From NCBI GenBank assembly GCA_965235115.1, contig OZ249436.1:20958001-21022000 (forward strand): a DNA stretch of 64,000 nucleotides, read 5' to 3'. This DNA is from Laetmonice hystrix. Taxonomy: Eukaryota. A model generated the notes under the pieces. It was not told the origin of the DNA, searched no databases, and worked only from the letters and a program-made list of their open reading frames with translations. Made by a program: the position numbers and the translations under genes. Shown piece after piece: positions 52,388-64,000 of the stretch. Position 1 is the stretch's first letter, and each line of letters starts with the position of its first letter.

Positions 52388-52534
52388 CTGTGGCGGATCC
52401 GGGGGGGGGGGGTTAGGGGGGTTTAACCCCCGCAACCAATTTTTCTGCATTGAATTGACCACGCTAACCCCCAAGCAATTTCCCCCCTAAACTCCTCTAA
52501 ACCCCCCCTTACCTAAATCCTGAATCCGCCCCTG
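52388..52534. mobile_element. short GC-rich TIR MITE (hAT-like termini)
   Basis: CTGTGGCGGATCC ... GAATCCGCCCCTG; related to 8340-8504. Confidence 0.55.
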
Positions 52535-53592
52535 GGGGTTGAAGAGTTCCAATAAAAAATCTGCCTTTAGTATAACAACTTACGATGAGATTTTGAATAG
52601 GACATCCTGAGCTGATTTCAGACGGTCCTGTGGCTGTTCCATCCATTGCTCTCCAACCCATTCAGTAATATAAGGATTTCTAGACTTTGAAATTTTATGC
52701 GCTAGGGAATAGGACAGGTAAGTGTGGCATTAAAGTGTGCACACACATGAAAGAGAAATGTCGAGTTTCGCCCTTTTAAATAAACATGTGCCTGCATAAT
52801 TATTTATGTCTGCGTGTAGGCGATATACATGTATGAATGACGAGCTGATACCCTGTTAATACGTCACAGACTGCATCCATTTAAAGTTGGAAAGTAAAAC
52901 ACAATGTATTTCATTGTACATTAATGCCAACAGTAAAACGAAACCGTTATCGACATCATGCTTAAGCGTACTACTGCGAGGTAGGCCTAAGGTAAACTAA
53001 AGTTGAAACAGAATGAGCGGTTTGATTCTTAGAGAACTGGTTGTTTTAAGGGTACGCTCCTCCCAACAACGTTACGTCATGACAATCTATTGTTTCTGGC
53101 TCTAAGAGTGTTTTTAATGCATTACATTATAAGATATGTGTTGTTTGTCCTTTACGTCCTGTGTTTACCTAGTTAGACTAATCAACTCCGTAGTCAGGCC
53201 TACGCTTGGCTGCAAACGAGAGTTTGACCGGTTTAGCTTTGCGAAAAACGACGAGATTACGTGGAAGCGGAAGTTGTGGATATCGCCATAAATTAAGTTT
53301 CATTTACTGAAATTCAACAGGCTGTAGTCTACTTATAATATCTGAACTGATGGGTAGATACGTTAGCTTCATGAAGTGGCGAGTCAAAACGGCCAAATAT
53401 AAGGATAAAAAAAATATCTGCAAAAGGAGTAGGCCTAGCGTCACCGTACCACCGTCTGACTGTAGCCAGCAGCGAAGCAGAGAACTGACTACGAGTAGAC
53501 CATTGTACCTAGGGCTTACCTAGCTGTTAACCTTATTAAACTCCATTTTGATTTAGGTTGTGTTATTAAAGACATAATTGAAGAGTGCTTAC

Positions 53593-54038
53593 CTTTCTCC
53601 TAACCTTGTTTTGTGCGAGGGCTCCCGATTCTATTCGTTCCCCTGGGTAACGTTTGGACCACAGCCTCCAGATGATCATGGAGTAAGCCAGCGACATGAC
53701 GAGAATCGGGATGAAGAAAAGTACCACACACACAAACGTATAATAGAAGGTGCGTGACGGATGACGTACAGATACCACGTGTGTGACGTCATCACGAACT
53801 ACAACCAGTGGCCAAGCGTCCTCGCACCACACCTCGAGATGGTTCAACCACTGACGTCGTACTTCACGGCGGTAGAAGAGTAACGGAACGGCCACAGCGA
53901 TGGCACAGAACCACACGACTATCAAACAGGAACGTGCTCTCCGCTCCGTCAGATGGGCCTTCATGGCGAATATAATACCGAAAAATCGGTCACAGGATAT
54001 GAGGGTGAGCGTCAGTATGCTGGATACCAGCGACAGCA
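53593..54038 (-). CDS. GPCR gene A, internal exon (TM3 with DRF, TM4, ECL2, TM5, ICL3)
   Basis: Acceptor TTTTGTTTCTTGCAG| (phase 1) then (V)LSLVSSILTLTLISCDRFFGIIFAMK...IVVWFCAIAVAVPLLF...VWCEDAWP...YYTFVCVVLFFIPILVMSLAYSMIIWRLW...KVRRK; donor AAG|GTAAGC, phase 0. Confidence 0.95.
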
Positions 54039-57000
54039 CTGCAAGAAACAAAAGTACATACATAAACGGGAGGACTGTGACTACGAACGACTAGGCATAT
54101 CTTCACCCTCTGCAAACTATAGTGACAAGAGACCAGAGTACATTGGCGAAAGAAATGCTTTATTTTATTGCAACAATTTACGATATATGAAGGATGTGAT
54201 ACATATAGGATATAAGGCATTTAAAACAAAAGTGGGGTAAAGAGGCGTTACGGAGAATTACGTAAATGAATGTGTAGTTGATTTGAGAGATTATTGATAT
54301 TGGTTATTGTTGGGTTTTATTATACAGTGACCCACGTGTTGAGTTCAGGGTGAGCAGCGTGGAAGTGAACGATACACGCTGGAAGGGGAACCAGAAATGG
54401 ACTAGTTACCGGAAGACGATAGAGTTACCGGAAATAGATCGGATGAAAACTCAGGTCTCAGATCACCATTACGCGCAATGTGCCATTACGTGTAATTCGA
54501 GAACGTTTAAGAACTCTTCTCCGGTAACTACTAATCCACATTACCGTTACCGTCCACGACCCTGTAATAGTAACTTAGATTGGTTTCTAATTGTAACCAC
54601 AGTGCGTATAATTAGAAACTGGCTTGATCGTTATTTAATGAGGGTAACAGGTTGTTATGAAAGGAGCCACGTCTACTACGACCGTCACAACGAGTCTCAC
54701 ATCGATTGACAATACCACAATACTAAACCTTAAATGAATGTTGAACTATTCGCCAGCCTTACAGGCCATGTTCATGCCACAGAGGGTGAAGGTAAGAAAC
54801 AGTGAGAAGGGTGTAGAGTTTATACGGTAGTGAACCTAATTCTGTCAAGAAAACTAAACTAGTCTTGTTTTTACATTATAAGTCTTGTATAATAAATCGA
54901 GAAGGGCAGCGTGTTCCGATGTATGCCTTATTCCTCGTACCGTCTTCTTCTGCGTCACAAACTGCAGAAATAAATTAAAACCATCAGGGTTGTCTTCCTG
55001 CAGGCGACCAATCCACAGGGTCTCAAGCAAGCAATCACGCCATTCCAGTTGCCAATAGTATGATGTATTTGGTATATTCCTTTAAACCTATTTTTTCCGG
55101 TCGTCACCTACCAGAATTCTATTCTGTTGCTTTAAATCTGAGCCAGGTTGTTTCTCCCTTGGACCAACGTTGCGGACGACATTCAATAAGGGGGAGCCTG
55201 GAGGCTTTTACCCCCTCTAAACCCCCCTCAAAGATTTAATGTCAAGGCATCACTTACCACTGTTAGATAGATGGCCATTCGCTCACGGCATCTGACATAT
55301 GAATTCGACCAATAAAAGGATCTGCGGGTCCTTCCCGCGTAATAGTGATTGGCAATCGGAATTCAATTATCACCCATTTGACCGGCGACAGATGCGGACG
55401 GCCAGGAAGCTTGTCACAGTGTGACGAACACCACATCCGGCCGATGGCTTGCCTGAATGCCCGTATATTGTATGACTTGCGCAGACTTTGTCGTCTCGTG
55501 CCACCTACTCTGAGAGAGAGGGATCCTATCTGGCTTTTGACATGCAGATTCTGACTGGCAGATATGGCAACTCTTCACGAACATTGCGGCGGACCAGGCA
55601 GTTTTAAAGGCGTCGCGACAAGCAGCAGCTGTGGAAGCGAATTACTGACAGAATCGAGTTCCGTGTTGAATTGTATCAATATCTATCAGCAGTCGGGTGA
55701 CAACTAAAGGCCTCTGTAGAAGTGGGTTCAATATAGCCAGTACCTGCTGGTGCCAAATTATTCTGACAAAAACAGCACAGTCGTTGGTTATCAATCTGAT
55801 CCTGTGAGTGTTTATGTCTGACGTATGTCGACCTAGCGACTTTATTAATAAACTAAGCAGTTCCCGTACCACTTGAAATTTAAAACTGCAGGTCGGACCC
55901 TGCGTGGACATATTATGAATCGCACGTCATAAGGTGAACACATTCAATGGTCAGGTAAGATCTGTTTAATTATGCAGGCGATAGCCGTCAACTTAACATA
56001 TAAATATTTTCTCTGACAGAGGCAACTTGACGTGTACCTGGCATTCGACAGGAATGTGGTGATGTGGATCAAGAAGGAACAGACTTGATTTATAAGCAAG
56101 GAACAATTACCATGAAAAGTATTCTATAGTACGATGGCGGGCAATTCCTTTGATCCAGTTAGATTATTTTATCCAAACTATCTACGTCTTCATTCCATGC
56201 AAAAATTATATTTTCAAATCTCAGGCCCACGCTGGATAAAGTTATTTACACATGGCGTGTGTGGCGTTTGTGAGAGACTGCACATTGTCATATCAAATTT
56301 TAATAAACACGATATCTTAATTGAGAAAATTAGGTCCCAGAAGGAAATTAGAAATTAGATATATCAGTCGAATGTCAGAAACCTGAATGCACGTAATGTG
56401 CGCTAAAGTTTTAATTCAGTTTAGAGCGTAACCACATCGTCGGATAATAGCTAATTAAATCTAATGATTGTTACTAATTAATATCATTCACAGAGCTTGG
56501 ACGGCGTCACAAGAACCCAAGTGGAAACCCTTGAGAAAGTACCCATCAATTCCGAGGACTTTCGGAAATCTCGAACGACACGGCAATGAGCCACTCGAGC
56601 TGTACAAGAGGGATTTTCAAGGATCTATTCATGGCGCTCGGTGTTTTCAAACTGAGTGGCGTGATTAGTGGTTCAAAGTCCCTTTGCTTTAGTTTTAGGT
56701 CGTCTCAATAACATTACAAACTATAAATACAATGTGTTATCTATAATTACTTAATAATAGGCCCATTTTCCGTCCCGGTAAGCCGAGACAGTACATTTCA
56801 GTTCGTGTTAACCTGTTAACCTGAAAGATTTGTCGATTTATGTTTTTCATAAATGAAAATTTGCCCCGCATAACCGCAGGGTAATGAAAGCATAATTTGT
56901 TTCCCAAGATTTCCTCGATTTTGTCTTCATATATATAGGGACAGAATGCTTGGTTTATTTAGGTTAGATTTAGTTTAAATTAGTTTGTTTTCAGTTGCGA

Positions 57001-57984
57001 CATGCACATTGAATAATGTCCTCACTGCCATCATGCAGCTGTGTAACTGATGAATAGATGCAGATGTGTAACTGATGGACAGGTCGTTTACAGTTTCATC
57101 CCATTAAAACTCATGTAGAGTAGTCTACATTACAGTTTCATCCCGTTAAAAGTCTACATTACCTCCTTGTTAAACAAGTCACGGTATGGCAAGTGGCATT
57201 CTTTACATTAGTGTCTTCTTCTTTATGCGATAATCAAGATTATGACATAAAAAAGGACTAAAAAACATGGCATCACACCCCCACACCCTCCACCCTCTCC
57301 CAGCCACACCAGCCCGGAGGTATAGACCGCCTCGTCCGTTATCCATCATACTCGAACGCTCAGGAAAGGCTTGTCTGTCCGTGCAACCCGAGCGTAAATA
57401 CTCGTGGATAAAAGATAGATGACAGCGCCACTTACTTATTACCCGTCAGCATCATGGCTATCTTTCCTTACTACCCCAGGAGCCTGGCAAATGAGTCCAC
57501 AAAGCCCCGAAGTTGTCAATAAGAGTTCTCGTATCCGTCGTGTTGGAACGCTTTCAAATGCATTGCCACTGCCTCTATATGTTGGCTTAATGAACTGTGC
57601 CTGAAACTAACTGATGGTATACTCTAGTGGTATCGGGGAGAGTTTCGTAGCAATACTTTATCGCTCCGCCCATATGTCTGGCGGCTAGATTCGCTCGATA
57701 TAACATCTTGGAGCGTATGTAAATAGCGCCACACCTTTTGGGTGGACTATTCAGCAAATCCTTTGTAATTTACAAAGGCTATTACAATGTAAAAGATGCC
57801 GATCTATTACAGCCAACCGATTTGCTCAGTATGTCCCAACCTTTTGTAACACCCTGTATATGTTGTCGCTGTGGTTTTTCCATGCTCATCCAATTACGTG
57901 CTCACGGTATACGTCAGTAGGCGTGCAGCTGCAAACCAATGAGTTCCTGGATTGATCAGGTCTTGGACATTTTTCTCAACATTA

Positions 57985-58281
57985 AACGAAACACTGGAAA
58001 AGTCCGCAAGGTTAGCGAGACCTCGACATGAAACACTCGAAAAGTCCGCAAGGTCAGCTAGACCTCGACATGAAACACTCGAAAAGTCCGCAAGGTCAGC
58101 GAGACCTCGACATGAAACACTCGAAAAGTCCACAAGGTTAACGAGACCTCGAAATGAAACACTCGAAAAGTCCGCAAGGTCAGCGAGACCTCGACATGAA
58201 ACACTCGAAAAGTCCACAAGGTTAACGAGACCTCGACATGAAACACTCGAAAAGTCTGCAAGGATAGCAAGACCTCGAAAT
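57985..58281. repeat. 42-bp minisatellite, ~7 units
   Basis: Unit AAACACTCGAAAAGTCCGCAAGGTCAGCGAGACCTCGACATG. Confidence 0.95.
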
Positions 58282-59319
58282 TAAACAGTCCGACGTGAAA
58301 TGAGAATGCCTCTACACCATGCCATGCGTCCCAAAATGTATGTCTTTAAAACTGTAGCATCGGGTACACTAGTTTACTGCAAGAAATAGTAAACGTCATG
58401 CCTTGACGATTCTATGACAGAAACAACATACAGCAAGCATACTGTGGCTATAATGTGCGGTTTCGTGTGATAGTTTACCTCGAACCGTGTTCGTGACACA
58501 AAATAGAATAGGCTTTAAATTCCTATTGTATTTGTCGTTTCGTTGTCTTGACGCTGTCTTCTTGTTTTCAGGCTCTGGTGTGGAAACATAATACTGTCCA
58601 TCAATGATAACACGTACAGGTACCTTGCAACTCGAGTAAGAAATTCTCGTTGTCTCTCAGTTTCTATGTCTGTCGTTGTGGCTGTTCTGGTTAATAACGA
58701 AAAATGTTACTGTCGAGTCTGGATGCAAAACGTTTCTTTACCGACTAGGTCCTATGATTGATTACTTTTCTGGCAGATCTGTCAGGATCTTGTTTTCCTT
58801 AAGTAGGTCTACACGTGTGCACGCATTGCTTGGTCGGTGGAGTGTCCGTGAAGATTGAGTCCTCCACGTCTGACAGATGGCGCCGGTTTAGGTCAAGCTA
58901 CAGTCTGACAGGTTGGTGTCCAGTGAACAATAGCCCGACCAGTAAGTGGACAGTGAGAGTCCGTGAGCCAACAAAGTAAATTTAAAAACTATGGTGGAGA
59001 CCGCGGATCGTATCGCATAGATCTGCATGTCATGTACATCTGGACATCAGACAACGGTTTGTTAGGGGAACTTCCAAACACGCTTGCGACGGACCACGTG
59101 GGTTTTTTTCATAGAACACTAACGCATAAAGAAACCACATTTGGGAAGATCCTCTTTGTGACGAAACAGATTGGTCCAGATATCCTCTAGCTACGTCTTG
59201 CACTGTTACCGCATTCACTGATAGTTCAACTGACTGAGACAGAGACAGAGACAGACAGAGACACAGAGACAGAGACAGAGACAGAAAAGATCAAGACGTA
59301 GATCAAGGATTAGTAGTGT

Positions 59320-59755
59320 TTTCTTTTTAAATGCACGAGCATAACCCAGTTACTTTTAGAATGTCCGGAAAGAGAATTGTTGTATAGTCCTCCACTGGAA
59401 TCGAGCCCCGGGCCCAAGATTACTGCACCCATTCGCATAGCATAATGCCCGCCGCACACTCTACGATTTTCTTATGATCCGATCGCATTCTAGGGCTTAC
59501 GACCCGCTTATCACTTGCTTATGACTCGCATTATGACTCGCCTACGACGATCGGAAGGGTCGCAAGGCCCCAGACAGCCGATTCGAATTTTGAATCGGAT
59601 CACAGTCGGATCTTAAAGAATAAAGTGTGCGGGGGCTTATGACTCGAGTCGTATAGTGTGCGGGGTCGTGTGATTTGCCGCCGACTCGGAATCGTATAGA
59701 GTGTGGCGGGCATTAGGTATCAACGTCCATGCCCACTCGGCCACCGCCACTTCCC
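59320..59755 (-). mobile_element. tRNA-derived SINE-like insertion, split by a MITE
   Basis: Minus strand: A-box-like TGGCCGAGTGG (59743-59733), B-box-like GGCTCGATTCC (59407-59397), A-rich end near 59320; the whole block is absent from the sister repeat at 39798-40265. Confidence 0.6.
59443..59715. mobile_element. ~270-bp MITE
   Basis: TAATGCCCGCCGCACACTCTACGATT / AATCGTATAGAGTGTGGCGGGCATTA inverted termini; TA or TWA target duplication. Confidence 0.8.
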
Positions 59756-60143
59756 TTTTTTGTATTGCGCACCATTAGAATGTGCCACAGGTCTCGTTTC
59801 TCGTTAGACTTCCGTTTTGCTGTAGAATCCAGGTCTAATTTATCGTCGGGTCAAGAGACTCCTGTCAGCTCGCACGGAAAGAGACATCCTATCCTGGAGC
59901 AAAGTGTCATCGTAATGATGATACTTGTAGTCATCCGATAGCAGTTAGAAGATGAGTTCTCACGGTGGGACTGTCTTGGGCAGCGTCTCTGGATGTCGTT
60001 AGGGCGACCGTATAAAAAGACCGGAAGTCGGGTGACGAGCACATATATGAGGCGCTGAAACCCAGGGCGTGTTTCTTTCACGCACAGGTTCCGCGGATCC
60101 GTATCGTGATCAGTGACCTAATTTACACGCGCAAACAAACGCT

Positions 60144-60552
60144 AATAGGCCTTCAGTGCTTTCCCCAAAGTCAGTGGGCAATATTACGATAGTATCATGT
60201 TCATGATACAAGTAGTCCTACCATGTGTCGTGTTGTTGTCGTTCATGAGCGCGGCCATATTGCTTCCCATATTTTGATAAATTACCGTATCAAGCCTATT
60301 TAGGTAAATTAGGTGATTCATTTTTCTTCTTCAAACGTTTCCCTTCATACCACAAATATATAGTTTGCACATGTATACAACGCCAAATGAGCAGGTGTCA
60401 ATAATGCACTATTTCCTGGCTCGATGGGATATGACGGTTCACTCAGTGCCTCGCTACACACCTCCATTTAGCCATGTATCCGGTTGCCAAACATGGCCAC
60501 TAATTCACCCGCAGCAGGAAGTGACGTCATATGCACGAGGGAGTCCCGAATG
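60144..60552 (-). mobile_element. partial, diverged second copy of the 32454-33037 MITE
   Basis: Reverse-complement match to 32454-32885, ending in one TIR (CGAGGGAGTCCCGAATG); the other TIR was not found. Confidence 0.85.
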
Positions 60553-60901
60553 GACAGAGTCCTACAAACTGTATTGTCAGAGAGGGACACATTTGTGTAT
60601 CAGCAAACTGGGCAAGGCAAAAGCAGCTATGGGGCATTTTCGCGAATGTTGAATTGGTGAGACGGGACGGGACGGGCCGTGGGTGCTGTGTGCGTGCATG
60701 ACAGACAGATGCCGATGCCAGGTCCTATTAATATTCATGAGGTTGACTTCAAGGTCAACCTCCCACGGTTTAGCCTGGGCCTGAGCTCAAGTGGTAGAAT
60801 GCAGGATGCGCGATGCCCCTTGACAACTCAAGATGTGTGTTACTACATGCATAGAATAAAGATATAACGTTCATAGATCGTATTCCGTTTCAAACTTTGT
60901 G

Positions 60902-61069
60902 TAAAGCCGGATTTTATATGTACGTTTCCGTTTTCCGTTTTCGATTCAATCGTTTATGCCTATTTCTGTGAGCGTTTTCATGTGTACGTTTCGTGATTGT
61001 TCACATGGAAACGCTCCCATAGGAAATAGGCATAAACGATCGAATTGGAAACGGACAAACTCGGCTTAA
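60902..61069. mobile_element. palindromic MITE-like element
   Basis: ATCGTTTATGCCTATTTC...GAGCGTTTTCATGTG is inverted as CACATGGAAACGCTC...GAAATAGGCATAAACGAT; outer AAGCCG / CGGCTT termini. Confidence 0.7.
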
Positions 61070-64000
61070 GTGGGGAAAAATAACTCTCTGTCGCGATCAG
61101 GGCCAATGGGATGTCTGGTCCTTTTTACTGAGACAACACCTGAGCATAAACCTAATCACCAGCACGTCTTCTTGTGCCCCCACCCACCCACCCACCCACC
61201 CACCCAGCCTTCCGTGACTTGGGAAAGATTCAAATTAGCATGGCATTTATTCACGAATATTCCGTGCAATTGCCACCAGTTTATCTAGTTTTCTATAAGC
61301 AAGGGCTACTAAACTTATTTTCCATTGACTGCTATATAAGGCAGACATGCACACTGCCCTGTCGAGTATAGTAAACGAGTTTCAATAATTCTCAGTAGTC
61401 TGTGATACCGTCTGATACATTGGGTCCTCGTCTTTCAAAATGGATCAAGGGGAGGATCTAGGGGAGCTAAAGGGGGAGGCATCCCTAGGCGCTTGTTAAC
61501 AAATAATTCACAAACTACAAAAAATGACCTTATAAGAATATCAACATTTTATGTACAGCCAGGTCTTTTCGTCGCTTCCGTTTGCTTGTTCCAGCGCCTG
61601 TACCATCTACACGTCCAAAACACACGGGGTGTTCACATTGACACGTACAGCACGTCCTAAACGACTGGCCGTGGCAAACATCTCTCTGACAGCACGGCAA
61701 ACGTTAATTGTGTCTTGGCACACACAGGGTAAGAGACGTCCCCGCTTTCCATAGTTTCGTATTTCAGGCTTCATGTCACATCCCCTAGCACTTGCAACAT
61801 AATTGTTGGAACCCCCAGCCGTTTACGGAGAGAGGCTTTTTTTGTATTGAAAGAACACGTCTACTATCCCCTTTTTGAAAGGAAATAGAAACAAATACTA
61901 AATGTTCACAGACTACATTAATCACCTGCAGTCGTATAGACTATAGAATACTGCCACTAAATACTTCATTTTAGGCGCATTTCCTTGCGAAATTTGCAAG
62001 CCAAATCGGACATTTTTCATTGACATGAAAAGTCTTTTACCCGGTTTGTTTTGGTCTTTTTATAGTCACAAGAAAACAATTATATCTCTACTTAATTAAG
62101 GCTTCTGAGAAGTCTATCTTATCTGTAGTAGGTTGGCCTACAACTAGAACCTTTGGAACCCTTGGTGATAAGACCAGGGCCGTAGCCTGAAGGGGGTCAA
62201 GGGGGGCAACTGCCCCCCTAGGATTTCCAGTTAAAAAAAATTGGGCCTCATATTGACACCTGGGCTGCGTTTGACTTAGCCCGAAAGACGTCTTTGAAAT
62301 GGTCGCTGAGCCAAAGAGGTCTTTGCGGCGACGGGTGTTTCAGTTAAGTCAGCATGAACAGGACAAACATCTTTTAGACAAATTCACCGTAATATCTTTG
62401 TCAGGTATCTCACCTGACCTGTTTGAACTTTCTTTTCTCTCCGTGTCAGGATCTACTGACCATAACCCCCGCCACACCGCCACCCAAAATGCAACATACT
62501 TTAAAGGAACTCCTTTTATTTTCAACCGTTTGGCTAATTTTATTGGGCAATAAATGGGCACGAGTGGTTGTTTTCTATAGACCTTCCGTGTAAAGGCCAG
62601 TTTTACCGTGGCCAGCGCGAGTCTGAGGTGTTCAGCTGGGACAAGCTTCAAAAGGCATTGTCTTCTGCCGTTCTGCAAGAGATTGATTAAAAAATATGGC
62701 ATTTCGTAAAAAAAAGTTAGGTGATCCTTTCTTTCATGGGATTTAGTAGGGTTGAAACGATACACTTGTGCCACGATAAGTTACGTATCACGATACAACA
62801 AACCATACGATATATCTCACGATAGTTTCCCAGTTGTATAGTATACGTGATTTATGCTTAGACTGCCACAGAGAATCGGGACTCAGAAGCTTGGGTCAAA
62901 ATACTGTGTAATGTATTGTGAGCTATTCCAGCGACCGATTGCACCTGAGGAATCAAGTTCTGTGACTAGAGTGTCTCAGGACACTTTTTATTATCATTTG
63001 TATCGAGATGAAAGTACATGTAACTAAAAAATTCAGAGTACTAAAAAAATGGGAACTGATCCTGGAGACTTGGTCCAAGTCCTATACCGTTCGAAGATCT
63101 GGCGTCTGGAGAACACACGATAGCCCATTGAGAGTCAACTGATTTGGAACCTTGCCGCAGATTGAGCCCACTGACGGGGTACGGGTTGTATTGCTACATC
63201 CCTTTAGAAGAGTTGTGTCACACTTATCGCCGAGTTACACCCTCACCTCTCCAAGTGGACACATACCAACCGAGCCGAACTCTTCGTACTGTCAGGTTTT
63301 CAACAGCGTCTGTTTCCAGACTACGACCGAACGTGGAGACCGGCGCCTCGCTGTTCCCTACATTACTACAGTGGTGGTAATTGCTTTATATATCCCCCTC
63401 CAGGTCGAGGACCACAGAAAGGGTGTGGAAATACACTCAACGTTATGCTAGGATAAAAACAGAGTTCCGGCAAAATTAGAAGTATTCAAGTACTACAAGT
63501 CTTAGGTAAAGATTAAAAGCAAATTTTGATAGACATTTTACGTCTGTAAAATTTGTTTTAGTGAACATAAACAGATACATTTGTGTATTTTGAAAACTAC
63601 CCAGCAAAATTGCGACGTGAGCGCCCTCTCTAATCACGTGAGCATGTCTTGATACCTATTTGATATGCAAATAAGAGTGCCAGTCGCAGGGACAGACTAT
63701 TATTAGACGCTCTATTGTTTGGGTCTGTTGTTTTGCGACTCACTGACGTGTGAAGAAATGTCAGTAGCCTTTGCCTGCATGAAACATCGAGCAGGCCTAT
63801 GTGGATCTCTTCGTATATTTAGCCATCAGGTGTGAAGCTTGCTTTTAGGAAAGTATGGGTGCAATATACCTGCAACCACCAGAGCTGCAACGCCATGCTA
63901 CAGGGACGGGTACATACTCTCCCACCTAAAAGAAATTCAAAGAAAAGTTCATTTCCCTACATTCTGTGAACACCAATGTACAATTTCCTGGTGTCGAACT

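Larger units (their letters stand above)
58869..59893 (-). repeat. dispersed repeat, copy 2, interrupted by insertions
   Basis: Inverted relative to 39798-40265, with extra segments at ~58924-59037 and ~59320-59760. Confidence 0.85.

Noticed and set aside
53593..54038. Assigning a specific receptor name or ligand
   Set aside because: The motifs show a class A peptide receptor, but the subfamily cannot be resolved without a phylogeny; gene symbol left blank.
59390..59755. Functional tRNA gene
   Set aside because: Only A/B-box-like motifs, no complete cloverleaf, interrupted by a MITE and embedded in another repeat.

Overview
Eukaryotic, intron-rich and repeat-rich DNA, most like a marine invertebrate genome; no prokaryotic operon, CRISPR array, rRNA or intact tRNA was found. 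The only convincing coding sequence is five minus-strand exons of rhodopsin-class (class A) neuropeptide-receptor-like GPCRs. Exons encoding TM3-TM5 (53593-54038), TM6 (38811-38915), TM7 (38511-38619) and the C-tail (38113-38219) form 'gene A'. An N-terminus/TM1-TM3 exon (19688-20153, 'gene B') lies downstream of gene A's stop codon. Together they make exactly one phase-compatible 410-aa receptor, but in permuted order, best explained as the junction of a head-to-tail tandem receptor cluster. The main mobile feature is a ~3.1-kb non-autonomous PIF/Harbinger-like element (TIR GGCCCTGTTTCATAAA, CWG target duplication) present three times. One copy has inserted in reverse into another copy of itself, which sits inside a third TIR element, giving a ~5.8-kb fold-back inside a GPCR intron. 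The element carries a HINE-like passenger with perfect DR4/ERRE motifs. The rest is MITEs, a tRNA-derived SINE-like insert, about ten unrelated minisatellites and (GA)n microsatellites, which account for most long ORFs in the track.
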